The notes below the pieces were generated by a model, which was not told the origin of the DNA, did not search any database, and saw nothing but the letters and a program-made list of their open reading frames with translations. From an uncultured Methanobrevibacter sp. (GTDB lineage Archaea; Methanobacteriota; Methanobacteria; Methanobacteriales; Methanobacteriaceae): DNA of 36,315 nucleotides. Numbering within the stretch: the stretch's first letter is position 1; the number at the start of each line of letters is the position of its first letter. The stretch is taken from contig NZ_CALCYR010000174.1 in assembly GCF_937906425.1 (NCBI RefSeq), forward strand, positions 1 through 36,315, given 5' to 3'. Of this stretch, positions 36,305 through 36,315 are shown piece by piece. The position numbers were made by a program, and so were the translations under genes.

Positions 36305-36315
36305 TTCAGCATTCA
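36260..36315 (-). mobile_element. Terminal inverted repeat of a probable IS256-family element (partial)
   Basis: GAGACTTTGTCAAGAAATTTGTGTAA resembles IS256-family ends. On the minus strand a frame ends ...NAELDE-TAA just before TTACACAAATTTCTTGACA. The transposase itself is outside the window. Confidence 0.6.

Noticed and set aside
1..36315. A single functional system linking the giant adhesin, dcw genes and Abi module
   Set aside because: The segments carry archaeal versus bacterial expression signals and have sharp breakpoints. Adjacency cannot be taken as biological without read support.

Overview
The window has three parts that appear to have different origins. (1) 1-~30,550 is methanogen DNA (Methanobacteriales, Methanobrevibacter-like). 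It is dominated by one minus-strand reading frame that the ORF track misses. This frame starts at ATG 26681 and runs off the left edge with no stop found, giving at least 8,893 codons. It encodes a giant secreted adhesin-like protein: signal peptide, two GGA-repeat right-handed beta-helix modules, then about 5,100 aa of tandem Ig-like repeats including an apparently exact 1,680-bp tandem duplication. After it come a 1.8-kb AT-rich, repeat-rich intergenic region, a 209-aa hypothetical protein and methanogenesis marker protein 12. (2) ~30,554-34,519 is a Firmicutes (Clostridia/Lachnospiraceae-like) dcw operon start: mraZ-rsmH-ftsL-class B PBP, with a sigma-A promoter and MraZ boxes. (3) ~34,520-36,315 holds a decayed AraC/GyrI-like gene fragment and an AbiL/RloA-RloB-like ATPase + TOPRIM pair. 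The RloB gene appears to be cut by an IS256-family end. The archaeal-bacterial join is most likely an assembly or concatenation chimera but can be tested. All family assignments come from motif recognition by eye; no database searches were run.
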